64,000 bases of DNA, taken from Marsupella aquatica (taxonomy: Eukaryota; Plantae; Marchantiophyta). Under the pieces are notes generated by a model. That model saw nothing but the letters and a program-made list of their open reading frames with translations, made no database searches and was not told where the DNA came from. The stretch lies in the NCBI GenBank assembly GCA_973895155.1, contig OZ316899.1, positions 7,815,241-7,879,240 of the forward strand, read 5' to 3'. Position numbers and translations under genes: made by a program. This document shows positions 12,450-24,300 of this stretch, in pieces. Numbering within the stretch: the first letter of the stretch is position 1; every line of letters begins with the position of its first letter.

Positions 12450-13259
12450 GGGTATGACATGCATGATAGTAAACAGGAAATAGGTACACTGGTACCAGCA
12501 AAACTTTACTGTTACCAGAAAAATGACAATGTAAAAATATTTCCTAAAAATCCACATTTTCCAAACAAAAAAATTGTCGACAACATTTTTTGGCTAGCTT
12601 TGGGCGCTAGCAAAAAAATAAATTTTTTTCAAAAACATTACCACTATTCAGGGACATAGATCTCATGTGCCAACAAACTCACTACCTTCTATTCCATTTG
12701 GGAGTATGGGGGCTCCCTATATAGTACATGGCGTGGTGGTTATGTAACCACCTCTTGTCCCTATTCACTAGGGTAAGTCTAGTTTACCGGGGTTAGGTTT
12801 ATCACTTATAACACTCCCCCTTGGTTGGGTGATGAGTGTGTTCCAGCCAACCATATGATGGGGAAAGCTAACCCTATGGTCTATAGTCTGGCCCAATGTA
12901 GTATGGTCTCATTAAAACCATGCTTCCATCATGGAAAGAGTGCCACTACTATAACATAGGTTTGGGTCCAGTTATTGAATGTATGTCCTTATAGTGTGCA
13001 AAAAGGGTGCATAAGGGGAATTAAAGGGTGTAATCTCTATGTATGTGCCCGTTCATGTGTCTAAAGACTCGTGGTCTGTGTTTATGTTTAAGGAGCTGTT
13101 TACGCTCCTACCCTAATCCTGCGGGCCACGGGTTGGACGCCTCCAGTTGTCGGTTTGTTGCTTTGGTGGGCTGCTGACATCGTTTGAATCTTCGTTCGTT
13201 CGGTAGTCGGTGCGGCCATGTCGGGAGGTCGTCGTTTGTGTGTTGGGATTAGTCAAGTC

Positions 13260-16200
13260 TCATCGGTTCTGCGTGATTCTCGATGGTTTGGGGTGGCGGA
13301 TTGGGGGTAGCATGTGATGTTGGAGCTCCCATTGTATCAGTTTGATCGACAGTAATGGGTGTGCAGTTTGGGTAAGTTCCTCAATGGCCTGCGTCATTCT
13401 TTTCCTTGTAAAAGATGCCATACTTCGCAGTCCTATCTCGTATGCATGTTCGCGGTGTAGTGCTGGTGGGAGTGGTTTAGTGAACAAGTCCGCGCGGTTG
13501 TCTTTACTTGGAATCCATTGTACTTGGACCTGTTCGCCATGCTGTTCGTGAGTGAAAAAGAATTTGGGTGCTATGTGTTTGATTCTATCCCCTTTAATGA
13601 ATCCCTGGACTATCTGCTCCACGCAGGGTCGGTTGTCTTCGTATATAGTTGTTGGTTTCTTTAGTTGCGCTCTGCCTGTGTGCAAGTGTATGTGGTTTAT
13701 CAGGTTTCTTAGCCAAATGCTTTCCTTGGTGGCTTCGTAAAGTGCTATTATCTCGGCGTGATTTGAGGAGGTTGCTGTGAGCGATTGTTTCCTGCTTTTC
13801 CAAGAGATCACCATGCCACCTTGTAGGAAGACATATCCTGTTTGGGATTTCGCATCGTTAGGGTCTGAGAGGTAGCCCACGTCCGCGTAGCCGGTCAACA
13901 TGTTTTCTGAGTTCTTGGGGAAGAATAGCCCCATGTCCATTGTGCCGTGCAGGTATTGGAATACCCTTTTTACTCCATTCCAATGTCGGATTGTGGGGTT
14001 GGAGCTATGTCGAGCGAGTAGATTGACGGCAAAAGCAATGTCGGGGCGTGACTGTGTCGCCAGGTACATCAGGGCCCTGATGGCTGAGAGGTATGGCTTC
14101 TCGGGGCCAAGAACCTCCTCTGTCTCTACCCATTTTTTAAAGGTGTCCCTTGTGGGGTCTGAGGATCTCAGGTCCATGGGGGTGCTGACCGGGTGGGCGG
14201 ATGCCATGTTGAATTTCCGTAGCGCCTTTTCGGTATAAGTTGATTGGTTGATCAGGATTCCCTGTTGCAAGTAGTTGAATTGTAATCCCAGGCAATAGCT
14301 AGGCTTCCCGATGTCCCTCATCTCAAAAGTCTTCTTCAAGATTTTGATTGTCTTTTGCATTATCGTTTGCTGTGCCAAAGATGTTTATGTCATCTACGTA
14401 AATTGCGATGATGACAAATTCATCTGCCTCCCGTTTGAGGAACAAACAAGGGGCAATGTCGTCAGTATTGAAGTTCAGTGCGAGCATTTAAGCTTTAAAT
14501 CGTTTGTACCAGGTGCGTCCGCTCTATTTTAATCCGTACATTGAGCGTAGGACTTGGACTGCGAGTTCTCTTTTGACTCGTTTTGGCTGTGTAGCAGCGG
14601 TGTTCGGTCGGAGGAGCGTTTGTTTCCTGAGGTCGGATGTGTGAAGCACATCCTTTGGTGTCGGTACTGCAGGTTCGAGCTCGCTCGTCATTTTGTCCAA
14701 ATCGCCTGTAGGGCCGGTTTGGGTTAGGCCCGGTTGTAGACCGCGGTCTATGGTACCATTCTTCTCCCCCCCAATGTGGAACCTTATTCTTTTGATCAGT
14801 TCCGGGGGTGCCTTCATGTATATTGTGGTATGTAGGATACCATATAGGTAGGTTATGATCACGTCTAGCGTGTACATGATGAGCTTGTGCAGGAGTGTAA
14901 ATGCAATGAGGTACCGGTATGTTATGGAATCCATCACTGAGGAGTATGTTTGGTCGAAGTACCGGCCGGGAATTTGGGTGTAGCCCTTTGCTACCAAGCA
15001 AGCTTTGTATCTGATTACCTCTCCCTTTGCATTTTGTTTCCTCAAGAAAGTGAAATTATATCCCATAAGGTGTGTCCCTGCGGGTGCAGGGATTACGGGT
15101 CCGAAGATGTTTCGTTTTATCAGGGAGTCTAATTCGGAGTTTATGGCCAGCTCCCATTGATGCCAGTCTGGTTGAGATTGGGCCTCTGCTATTGTAATGG
15201 GGTCGGGGGTTTCGGTGGTTATCTCCTCAGAGATATGGAACGCAAAGTGGTCATTGATTTGTGTTGTATTTCGCTGCATCATTTGTCCAATGTGTATGTA
15301 GCTGATCATTATTTCCTCGTTTGCTATATCCCTTGGAGGGGGTGATCTTCGTGCAGGGGTGGCCGCAGGTGCTGGTGATGCGCTGCACGGTGGTCGCGGG
15401 TGCGTATCCTTGGAGCCTAGGGGTCGACCCCGTTTTGCCTTAGGTGCGGCTGCCGTTGCCTGTGGGGCTGTCCGTGAAATTCTTGTGGGTATATTTGCTG
15501 CCTCCGTGTGTGACCGTGTGACTGCAGCTGCATCGTTGAAAGAGTCATGTAAGTTTGTGAGCATTTGCTGTAAATGGAGGACCCTTTGTACTCCTTGGTC
15601 TGCTTCTCTGGTCCGGTGGTCATCAGTGATTGGTTTTGTGGGAAGCCATTGTAGTTCTTGTGCTTTGACATGTCCGCTTCTAGCAGTGTCTTTGGCGAGA
15701 GTTGGGAATTCATCTTCAAAGAATTGGCAGTCTTGGAACCTTGCTTTAAATACGTCTGCTGTCATAGGTTCCAAGTACCTGATGATAGAACGTGAGTCTA
15801 GTCCCACGTAGATGCCTCGTTGTCTCTAGGGTCCCATTTTGGTCCGTTTGGGGCCGAGTATTGGGACCAGGACCAGGCATCCGAATGTTCAGTGATGGGT
15901 GATGTCCGGTGGCATTCCGTATGCCAAAAAGTGAGGGGTTTGGGTGTTGAAGGAGGATGGCCTTATTCTTAGGAGGGCGGCAGCGTGCAGGACAACATGT
16001 CCCCATGCTGAGGCTGGTAAGTTGGATTGCATTAGCAGTGGCCTGGCGCGGATATCATTGAAGCTGATTAGGTTCCTTGTGGCCCTTGGTGCGTAGATTG
16101 CTGAGTTGATGTAGATTGTAGTCCCTTTTGGAAATCTGACTCTGGCCGGGCCGTAGCCTTCCTCTATGTGGTTAGGTCCTGTTATCGTTGTCATGGATCT

Positions 16201-17220
16201 GTTGGATGGTGTGATTCGGAGGAAATAATGTCTGTCTCATAGTATTGAGTGAGATGTTCTGCTGTCCACAATGCAGTTATTGTGGTCGTTCGGTGGTGTT
16301 GAGGTGGAGCCTAGTTGGGCGGTGTGGACCTCGGGTACTGCTGGGTCTAATTTGTAGCCCTCAATGTCATCTAGGGCCTCCATGTAGTTGCCCTGTGCTC
16401 CGTTGGTGGGTTGTTCCTGGCTCTGCTTGTAGAGTGTGACCAGGTGTGTGGGTGCCCGACAGTCTCTTTGTAGGTGTCCCTTTGTTCCGCACCTGAAACA
16501 TTCAATGGGGTTATTGTCTTCTCGGTTCCAATTGTAATATCCCCTGGCGCGGCGCCCCCCTTGGCCTCTTCCTCTGAGTCCACCTCCTCTTCCTCTGTAT
16601 CCACCTCTTCTGTTAAAGTTTCCGAATGTTTGGTCTTCTCTATTGGGTTGGCCGTTGCTTCTTCTTTGTTGGTATCTCCCTACCGGGGTTTCTGCCTCTT
16701 CTCCCCCTGAAGTTTCCATTTCCTCTCCCTCTGGGCCTGTCGTTTTGGCGATTAAAGTTGGCTTCTGGTCTTGGTGGTGGTACAGCGGCCCCTGGTGGGC
16801 AAGATTTGGCATTCTCCAGGAGGAGTAGTTGGTGTTTTTCAGCAAGAAGCATATATGCGATCAGTTCAGAATATTTAGTGAAGCCCATATTCCTGTACTG
16901 TGATGCCAGGAGTAAGTTTCCTGCATTGAACGTTGAAAGGGTGCGCTCCATCATTTTGTCATCGTTGATGGGGTGGCCGCAGACTGCCAGTTGTGAGGTG
17001 ATCCGGAATAGTTTGCCATTGTAGCTCGCTATTGAGTTGTGGTCTTGGACTCTAAGATTGATCCAGTCGTGGTGGGCCGCTGGCAGGGAGACAAGCCGCA
17101 TGTGGTTGAACCGTAATCTCAGATCTTCCCAGAGTATTCTGGGATTATATTGGTTCAGATACTGGGTCTTGAGTGGCTCGGCCAAGTGACGTCGAATGAA
17201 GATTAGTGCTCTTGCCTTCT
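13260..17220 (-). pseudogene. copia gag-pol (gag, zinc knuckle, protease, integrase remnant, RT, RNase H)
   Basis: CFRCGTKGHLQRDC knuckle; IVDSRTSHSIL protease; YKACLVAKGYTQ, SMYGLK and SRPDIAFAVNLLAR in RT; YAD, IYEDN and ADLFTK in RNase H. Confidence 0.92.
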
Positions 17221-17577
17221 TGTGACGCCGCCGGTACGGCGGTTAATGAGTGATTCGGTCTAACTGCGCTTAGCACGCGCGTTAGGAGTGTCTTAGGCCG
17301 CTATTATTAGCATAACGATAGTATTTAGGTAATCATTATGGGTAGGACATCATTAGGCAATAAGGGGGAATTCAGGTTCGGACTGGCGGCGGGTCGCTAT
17401 TCGCACACCCAGGTTACGAGCGTGGAGGGGCCCCTCCCTCGGGTCCGTATAACGTACTTAAGAAGCGGCCACTGACACGCGCTGACTCGGACCGGCGGAG
17501 TGGCCGGTACACCACAAGCGTGAGCGGTTCAGCCTATGGGCGTCGAGGAGACGTCGGGGGATCGACAAGCCCTCAAG

Positions 17578-17590
17578 GTATAAAAGGGGA
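17578..17590 (+). promoter_or_regulatory. Putative TATA box for the LTR-encoded ORF
   Basis: GTATAAAAGGGGA ~108 bp upstream of ATG 17687; conserved at 27578 and in copy B2 (~53270-53281, minus strand). Confidence 0.55.
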
Positions 17591-17686
17591 GCCAACCCTT
17601 TGTAGTGCACCAGTTCATCAGTCCACGCACCAGCTTCGACCCCAGCTCTCTCGTTCGCTCTAAGTCACCACTACTATCTCCTCTGA

Positions 17687-20346
17687 ATGTCGCACACGAT
17701 CCTCTCCAGCTCGGCCATTCGATTCTGGACGCAGTTCCTATCTACCGGAAGGCACTTGGCCGACTCATTGAAACACGCCAACCCGCGCCGATACGAAATC
17801 AAACGCGAGTACGAGAGAGCCATCCGCCTAGCAAGACGACACCACTACATCCTTAACTTTGACTACCCGTCTCAGAGCGAGCTTTACCGACCAGCAGAGG
17901 TATCTGGGTACTTCTTCAACGGAGACAAATATATCAGTTTCTGGGAAGCATTGCTTCGGCTTCCGGACGAGGTCTTCAATATCCCGGGTACGATCGACTT
18001 GCAACGACATCACTTCGACCACATCCCTGCTTAGGTTCGGGCTATCATCAACAGCGAGTCCAGCACTACCCGTTCGACAAGGTTGTCTGCACTCGCTTCG
18101 GAGAACTTCTACCAGCACCTACAGAGCTTCATGGGAACTCGGCCATCAACCAACATGACCAACTCAGTCGAACCCGTACCTGTACCCAAACCCGTACCCA
18201 TGCAACCTCAGGCTCAACCTCAGGCTCAGCTTCAGCTTCAGCCTCAGCCGCAGCCTAGCCAAACCCCACCACCGATCGCCCAACCAGCACAAGTACGCTC
18301 CGTCATCAACGCTGTGGATCTTAGCGATGACGAAGAGGCTACCCCACCCTTGACCAGGCGGCCCAGAGGAACAAGCGCTCAGGGGGCCGACATTATATCA
18401 TCCCCACCCCCTGCTCTGACCCCAGGAGCGGCCCCGGTAGACAACATGGTGACCATGGCCGCCCCGGGCCCGTTACTAACGGCAGTGGCACTACCCAGGC
18501 CTGATCGGGAGGATGGGGAAGTGTCACCTTCCCCGAGCCAGTCACGAGGGAAGAAGAGGAAGGAATCCACCACTGCATCCGGGTTACCGTTGGCCACGAT
18601 AGCCGTAGCCAAGGTGACGATGCACCGCATGGGGGAAAACGTTCACAAAAACATCCTCCATCCCAAGCATGCGGTATACCTGAAGACTCAGGGATTCGAG
18701 CACCTCGCCTCCCTCCCCTGGAACACTTGCAGGTACTACGGGGAGGACATGACGGAGTTCGTCAGGAATTATGACGACGCGCGTCAACATACTCGGCTGC
18801 GGGGAAGGAGTATGTCCCTCACGGAAGAACGGCTCAGGATGATCTTCGGGTTACCCGAAGGTGACCATCGAGTCGAATCACAGGCTCCCGGGGGCAAGGG
18901 AGCCAAGTACCAATCTTCAAGTTTTCCCTCAGAGGGAGCAGTGGACAACGGGTTCGTGATGAAGACCTGCCTCATCCCCGAGATAGCTGAGCGACTGGAG
19001 TTCCAGAGGTACGCCCTCCACATGATGGAACCCCGGGGGGAGATCTCCGCCGCCCAGGTTATCCAAGTCGAGAACTATCGACCTAGGAAGTGGGCGTCGT
19101 ACTTCGCTAAGAAATTCCATGAAGAGATGGAGCGGCGAAGGAAGACGCTGTACAATTGCGGGAAGGTGTATTTTGCTAGCCACATCGAGATCATTCTTGA
19201 GTGGTACGCCCGGTTTGATCGACGAACCCTCCCCGTGTCAACGTTACAAAGCTGGTCCCAGCTAGGTGGGTTTTCCCGACCTTGGAGAGACGGCCCCAAC
19301 CCGAGGCCCGAAGTCCAGTGGACACGCCAGCTTCACCCACCCCACCTCCACAAGTAGCTATAGTCGTAATCGAGGAGGTACCGGATGGGTCGGTTGTCGC
19401 AACCGTTGATGCGACCCAACAAGCCGGGCTAAGTACAGAAGTCGGTACGGCGGAGGTCTTACCCGAGCCCGGGTCTCCCAAAGACCCACCGGTGGCTATT
19501 CCGGAGAACCGGACATTGCTGCAGAAGGACACTCCAGCCCCTTCCAACGTTACGTCCCTAGGGCTGGACGTCACTGCCCCAGCCCCCACGCGTGTTGACG
19601 TCTACCCATGCCCAACTCCGGACAGGCACAACCTAGACCACCCGGAACTCTTCGTACCGGGTACATTTCTGAACGGGCTTCTGGGAGATTTCTCTCATCA
19701 AATTGCCCGGGATACCGGGGAGTTCATGGCCCGGAAGGTAGCCTATTTCTTCAATCAGGAGTTGGTTGCCGCAGTAAAGGCAGGTCGGGCCCAGTCAGAG
19801 GCCCTTCAAAGGATAGAGCGGTACCGGGTGGAGTCCGTGTACCTAAAGAACGAAGTTGCGGCTCAAGAGGCTGAGCTTCTGCAACTACGACCCAAGGTTG
19901 CAGCCGCCGATGAGTTGTTAGCAAAGGTGCACGCTCTTACCGCCCTAGCCAAACAGGCCAAAGCTGGGAACGAGGCCGAGATTACACGACTCCGGAACCA
20001 GATTGACAGTTTGAAGAATCAAACCGTCACCTGGCAGAAAGACCTGGAGGAGGCCGAGGAACGGGCCCAGCGAGACACGGCGGAGATAGCCACGCTGCAG
20101 GCCGAGGTGGCGCGGCTCCAAACCGAGGCCGAGAAGCAGGACCAGCTGGCGGGTAAACTGACGATCGACGCCCAGCAGCTGGAGGAGGCATGTGAGGAGG
20201 CAGTAGAGGAGACGGACGCGGCGAGGCGAGAGAACAAATCTCTGCTGGACCAGGTCCAGCTCCTCAAGGCGGACAATGATAGGCTTGGAAGGCAACGGGA
20301 TGGCCGCTCCCATTCGGGCGGCTCTGGCAAGCGTGCCAGGCATTAG
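17687..20346 (+). pseudogene. LTR-encoded accessory protein (~885 aa consensus: Pro/Gln-rich region, plant-TE accessory-like core, C-terminal coiled coil), 5' LTR copy
   Basis: One reading frame broken by TAG at ~18032 and a 1-bp deletion at ~19230. Both positions are intact in the other two LTR copies. Confidence 0.85.
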
Positions 20347-21365
20347 CAGCGGAGTAGGAATAGATTAGGATTAGGACTGGCTTAGTCAGGCTCTTGGGAC
20401 AGGCACCTGCCTTAGGTACAGCAGCGCTGCCATGCTGTCCAGCCTGCGTAGATTAGGATCTTCTAATAAGACACAACCGTTTTCCGGCCTGACTGTCAGC
20501 TTAGTTAGGACCTTAGTCAGCGAATCTTCGGCGAGAGGACACCCCGTCCCTCATCCCTTAGTATTTAGTGCACCCCTCGGTAGAGGCAGGGGGGGTTTTT
20601 AGTTGCAGAGTTGGACGTCCGCGGTATGTGCGGGGAGTCCCGACCTCTGGGAATGAAAGAGTACCGAGGGGAGGGGGTAGGACTAAGCTTGCCGGGCGAG
20701 TGCGGAGCCGGGCTCCGTTGTAGTGTGCACCCTTGGCCTTGAACCTGTTCATTCCGGGGCTGTCGGGTCAACTAAGTGTACGCATATGTTCCCTTTGTAG
20801 TAAAATCCTTTCCCATCATTTTCCTTCGTGTAAATCGAGATTGTATGCATGTGCGCGTGTATGTGTGTGGTTTCTCGTATATGGGTGGTAGCGCCAGGCC
20901 GAACGCACTACCCGAGACGTGCACAGGGTGCAGCCTGCGGGTAAGTGGTTGCTAGCACGGGTTGAGGACTTGTATCATCGAATCCGGATCGAAGGCGGAC
21001 AACACGAAGGCTTAGAAGCCCTTAAGCCGGGGTCGATCCTGCTATCGACTAAGGTACGTTTCGGCGGCGGAACACAAACCATACCTAGGAGGTGTCCGTA
21101 TTTAGCAGTATGCGCACTTAGCGCTAGTTTACGAGAATAAGGTGCATTACGTGCTTCCCTTCCTGCCCGAACCCTCAGATTTACGAGGGATGTGCCCGTC
21201 TAAGCTGAAGTCTGAGTTAAGGCCGCAGCCGACGACGTGACATAGCCTTTGTTTTGGCGCTAGATGGAGGGGGCACTCTACATATCGTAGAGGGGAGACA
21301 TGTGCGTATTCACCTAGGCAGGATACATCAGGACGTAGTACTAACCATCGCATTTATATGAGTAA

Positions 21366-24300
21366 ATGCCCGTCACTCGTTCTCAAGCAGCTTACTTGAG
21401 GAGATTGACCAGCGAACGAGAAAGTGCAACCACGACAAGTTCCGATTCTTCGGGCTCGGAGGACTCGCAATCGCCCCGACATATGAACATACCCCCGGGC
21501 CCTTCGGGGTCCGGTTCGACCGGTCCTGCTGCGGTTCCTCCGCCACCACCACCACCACCACCACCTATGGCAGCCGCTCCACCGATGGCCCGCGCTGCTC
21601 AAGCTCCTCCACAAATATTGCAACAATCGCGATTTCATTATTGACCTTTCAAGGGGCGTCATGGGGACGATCCGGATGAATGGTTGGATGAGTTTGAAGC
21701 CACTGCTAAAGCTAATGGGGAAGACGCCATTAAGCTAACCGTCCTCCCGGGAGTGATGCGGGGAGAAGCTCGTCCATGGTACAACTCGTTGCCACCCGGG
21801 ACTACATGGGCACAATTCCAAGCTGCATTGCTGCAGGAGTTTCGTGCCATTGGATCAGAACAACGTTCTCTATTAAAGATTGGCCAGCTTCGCATGGGAA
21901 AGAAGGAGTCCCTGCGGAAGTTCATTCAGAAGTTTCAGAAACTTGCGGCCAAGATCCGGCCCAGGCCGGGAGACGCGCTCCAGCTTACATGGTTCCTTCA
22001 TGGTTTGCCCACGAATATGCAATTCTGGGTACGCCAGAATAATCCAATTTCAATGCAGGCGGCCATAGCGTGCGCTGAAACTTATCGGAAGTCCACCTAT
22101 AACTCCCGGCGGAGCCAGCGAGCACGCAGCAAGAAGGGTAAGTACGAGACCTTCAGTGACAGTGACTCCGAATCGGACGACGAGAGGAAGAAGAAACGCA
22201 AGAAGAAGAAGAAACATCGTTCGACCTCGTCCAGCTCGGAGACGGAATCCAGTTTGGATTTAGCTTCAAGCACCGGATCCTCTACCTCCAGTTCATCAGG
22301 AAGTGACTCAGAGAGCGGAAGCCGGAGCAAAAAGAAGAAGAGACCAGTGAAGAAGGAGGGGAAGATCAAACCCCGGGCGCGAAGAATGATACCAGATCCA
22401 AAGGCTACAGAAGCAGACAAGCTGAACGAAATCATGGATCGACTCAAAGCACTGTCAGTATATCTTGCGGAAAAGCTGGTGGAGAAGAAGAAGCCATCTG
22501 AGATTCGAGCCCATGCGTGGTGTTCAAAGTGCTTCCAATCCGGCCATGTGGTGCAGGAATGCCCAAGGTGGAAGAACCGAGTTCACCAAGTAGAGCTAGA
22601 TGATGTTGACAACCCGGGTCCCGAATCGGAGTCTACGGAGTATTTCTTTGAGGACCCTCCTGATTCCGTGTACCAGATTTCAATGATAGGTCTGCGTAAT
22701 TTAGCGGGTAGAACTGTGTACCCCTACCCAAACAATGGCCGGAGTTTCCAGGTTATTAGTAACCCGAGCATCCCTCCTAAGCCAGGGATTTGGCGATCCC
22801 CGATTTGTTATAACTGTGAAAAGCCAGGACACTTTGCGAGGGAATGCACCGAATCAAGACGTCAGGGAGATGGCCGAGGCACCCCACTATGTCAAGTCTG
22901 CAAAACGGAGGCTCATTCCACGGCCAACTGTCCGTTGGTAATCGCTGCTCGAACGAGCGCAGCTAGACCGGCCCAGGCTGGACCGGCCACGAGCGATGCA
23001 GTCGTCCAAATGATTGTTGTAGAATGGCAAGATGACAACACCGAGTGGGTGAATCTGGTGGACGTGGCGGAACACCCTAATCCATCTGACAAGGCTGAGT
23101 GCTATCGTGTGTCAACAAGAGCTGAACGGAAGGAAGAGAAGCAGGAGGAGAAACGCAGGAAAAAGCAAGATACTACTCCGGTGCAGCCAGCGATAGATAT
23201 ACCCCCGGAGAAGGACGATGACTACCGACGGGACGACCCGAAGCTATTTTTCCCCCGCATCAAAGAATTGGTAAAGAAACAGCTGGAGGCTTACGAAGCT
23301 CAGGAATACCAAAAGGCAATCGATAAGGACATCAAAGCAGCCGAGACAGCCCGGCGACAGGAGCAAGAAAAGCAAGATAAACAAGAGGAAGCCAAGCAGC
23401 AGCCGAAGGAAGAAACAAAGGAGGACTATGATATTAAGGAGGACGTGAAGAGTTTCCCGGTTACAGCGACGGTGGGGCAACTGCTACAGAACAACCCATG
23501 GTACAGACGGCAACTAAGGGAGTTGCTCATGGGTCGCCGAAGGAGGAGACTACCCCGAGTTGGGATCGCGGACTGCAACATGATATGCGAGGACCTTGGA
23601 GCGCCGGACATCTCGATCGAAATTAATAATTGTACCATCAAGATGGTTCTTGTAGACGGAGGAGCGGGAGTCAATATCATGACTGAAGAAACGTCAGTCA
23701 AGTTAGGATACCTCACGTATCAACCCACAGCCCGAGCTATCAGATTAGCAAACGGGGCAAGGGTCCTCCCATTAGGCACGCTCACACGAGTGCTCACTCT
23801 GGTGGGAGGGGTGGAGTTCTATCTCAACTTCCTAGTTATGAGGCCGGTTCGTCCCTCCTCTTACCCGGTTCTTCTGGGCAGGCCGTGGCTGTACGGTGGC
23901 CGCGTAGTCACGGATTGGGGAAAGAAGGAGCTACGGTTCGGGGAACCCACCGTACGGGTATCATGGGCAATGGACGATTATCAGGGAGAAACCCCACAAG
24001 GACCCGAGGAATATGATTCGGAGACCTCGGAGGAAGAGGAACTCAATATGATTGAACTCATCTCGTCCCTGTCCGAGGAAGATGTCTTCGGAGTTGAGAC
24101 AACCCGCGAAACACATCTCCTAAATTACCCGAGGGCTGCCATTGAAACGGAGGACACGGCTCCAGCTAAGCAGGGAGCCGAGGCTGCTTCTACCATTGCA
24201 GAGCCTCGTGACCACGAACCAGTCTCATGGGACCCGTCCATTCCGCAATTGGAGGAAGTAACTCCAATCCCAAGACCAATCCAGGTTCCACCCATGTACG

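Larger units (their letters stand above)
8235..13768. repeat. Near-identical tandem duplication, unit 2767 bp (8235-11001 / 11002-13768)
   Basis: The ORF track repeats at +2767. The junction GTGATTTGAGG-A-CCTTAAGTCC has 1-bp microhomology. One SNP seen (GPRS vs GLRS in the copia RNase H tail). Confidence 0.95.
17221..21242 (+). repeat. 5' LTR of gypsy B (4022 bp)
   Basis: Direct repeat of 27221-31244; TG...CA ends; followed by the PBS. Confidence 0.95.

Noticed and set aside
17687-20346. LTR ORF as a true retroviral envelope
   Set aside because: No evident signal peptide or transmembrane helix; the basic NLS-like motif and coiled coil suggest a soluble or nuclear protein.
21642-21644. Programmed stop read-through in gag
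   Set aside because: More simply a CGA>TGA mutation, like others in this element.
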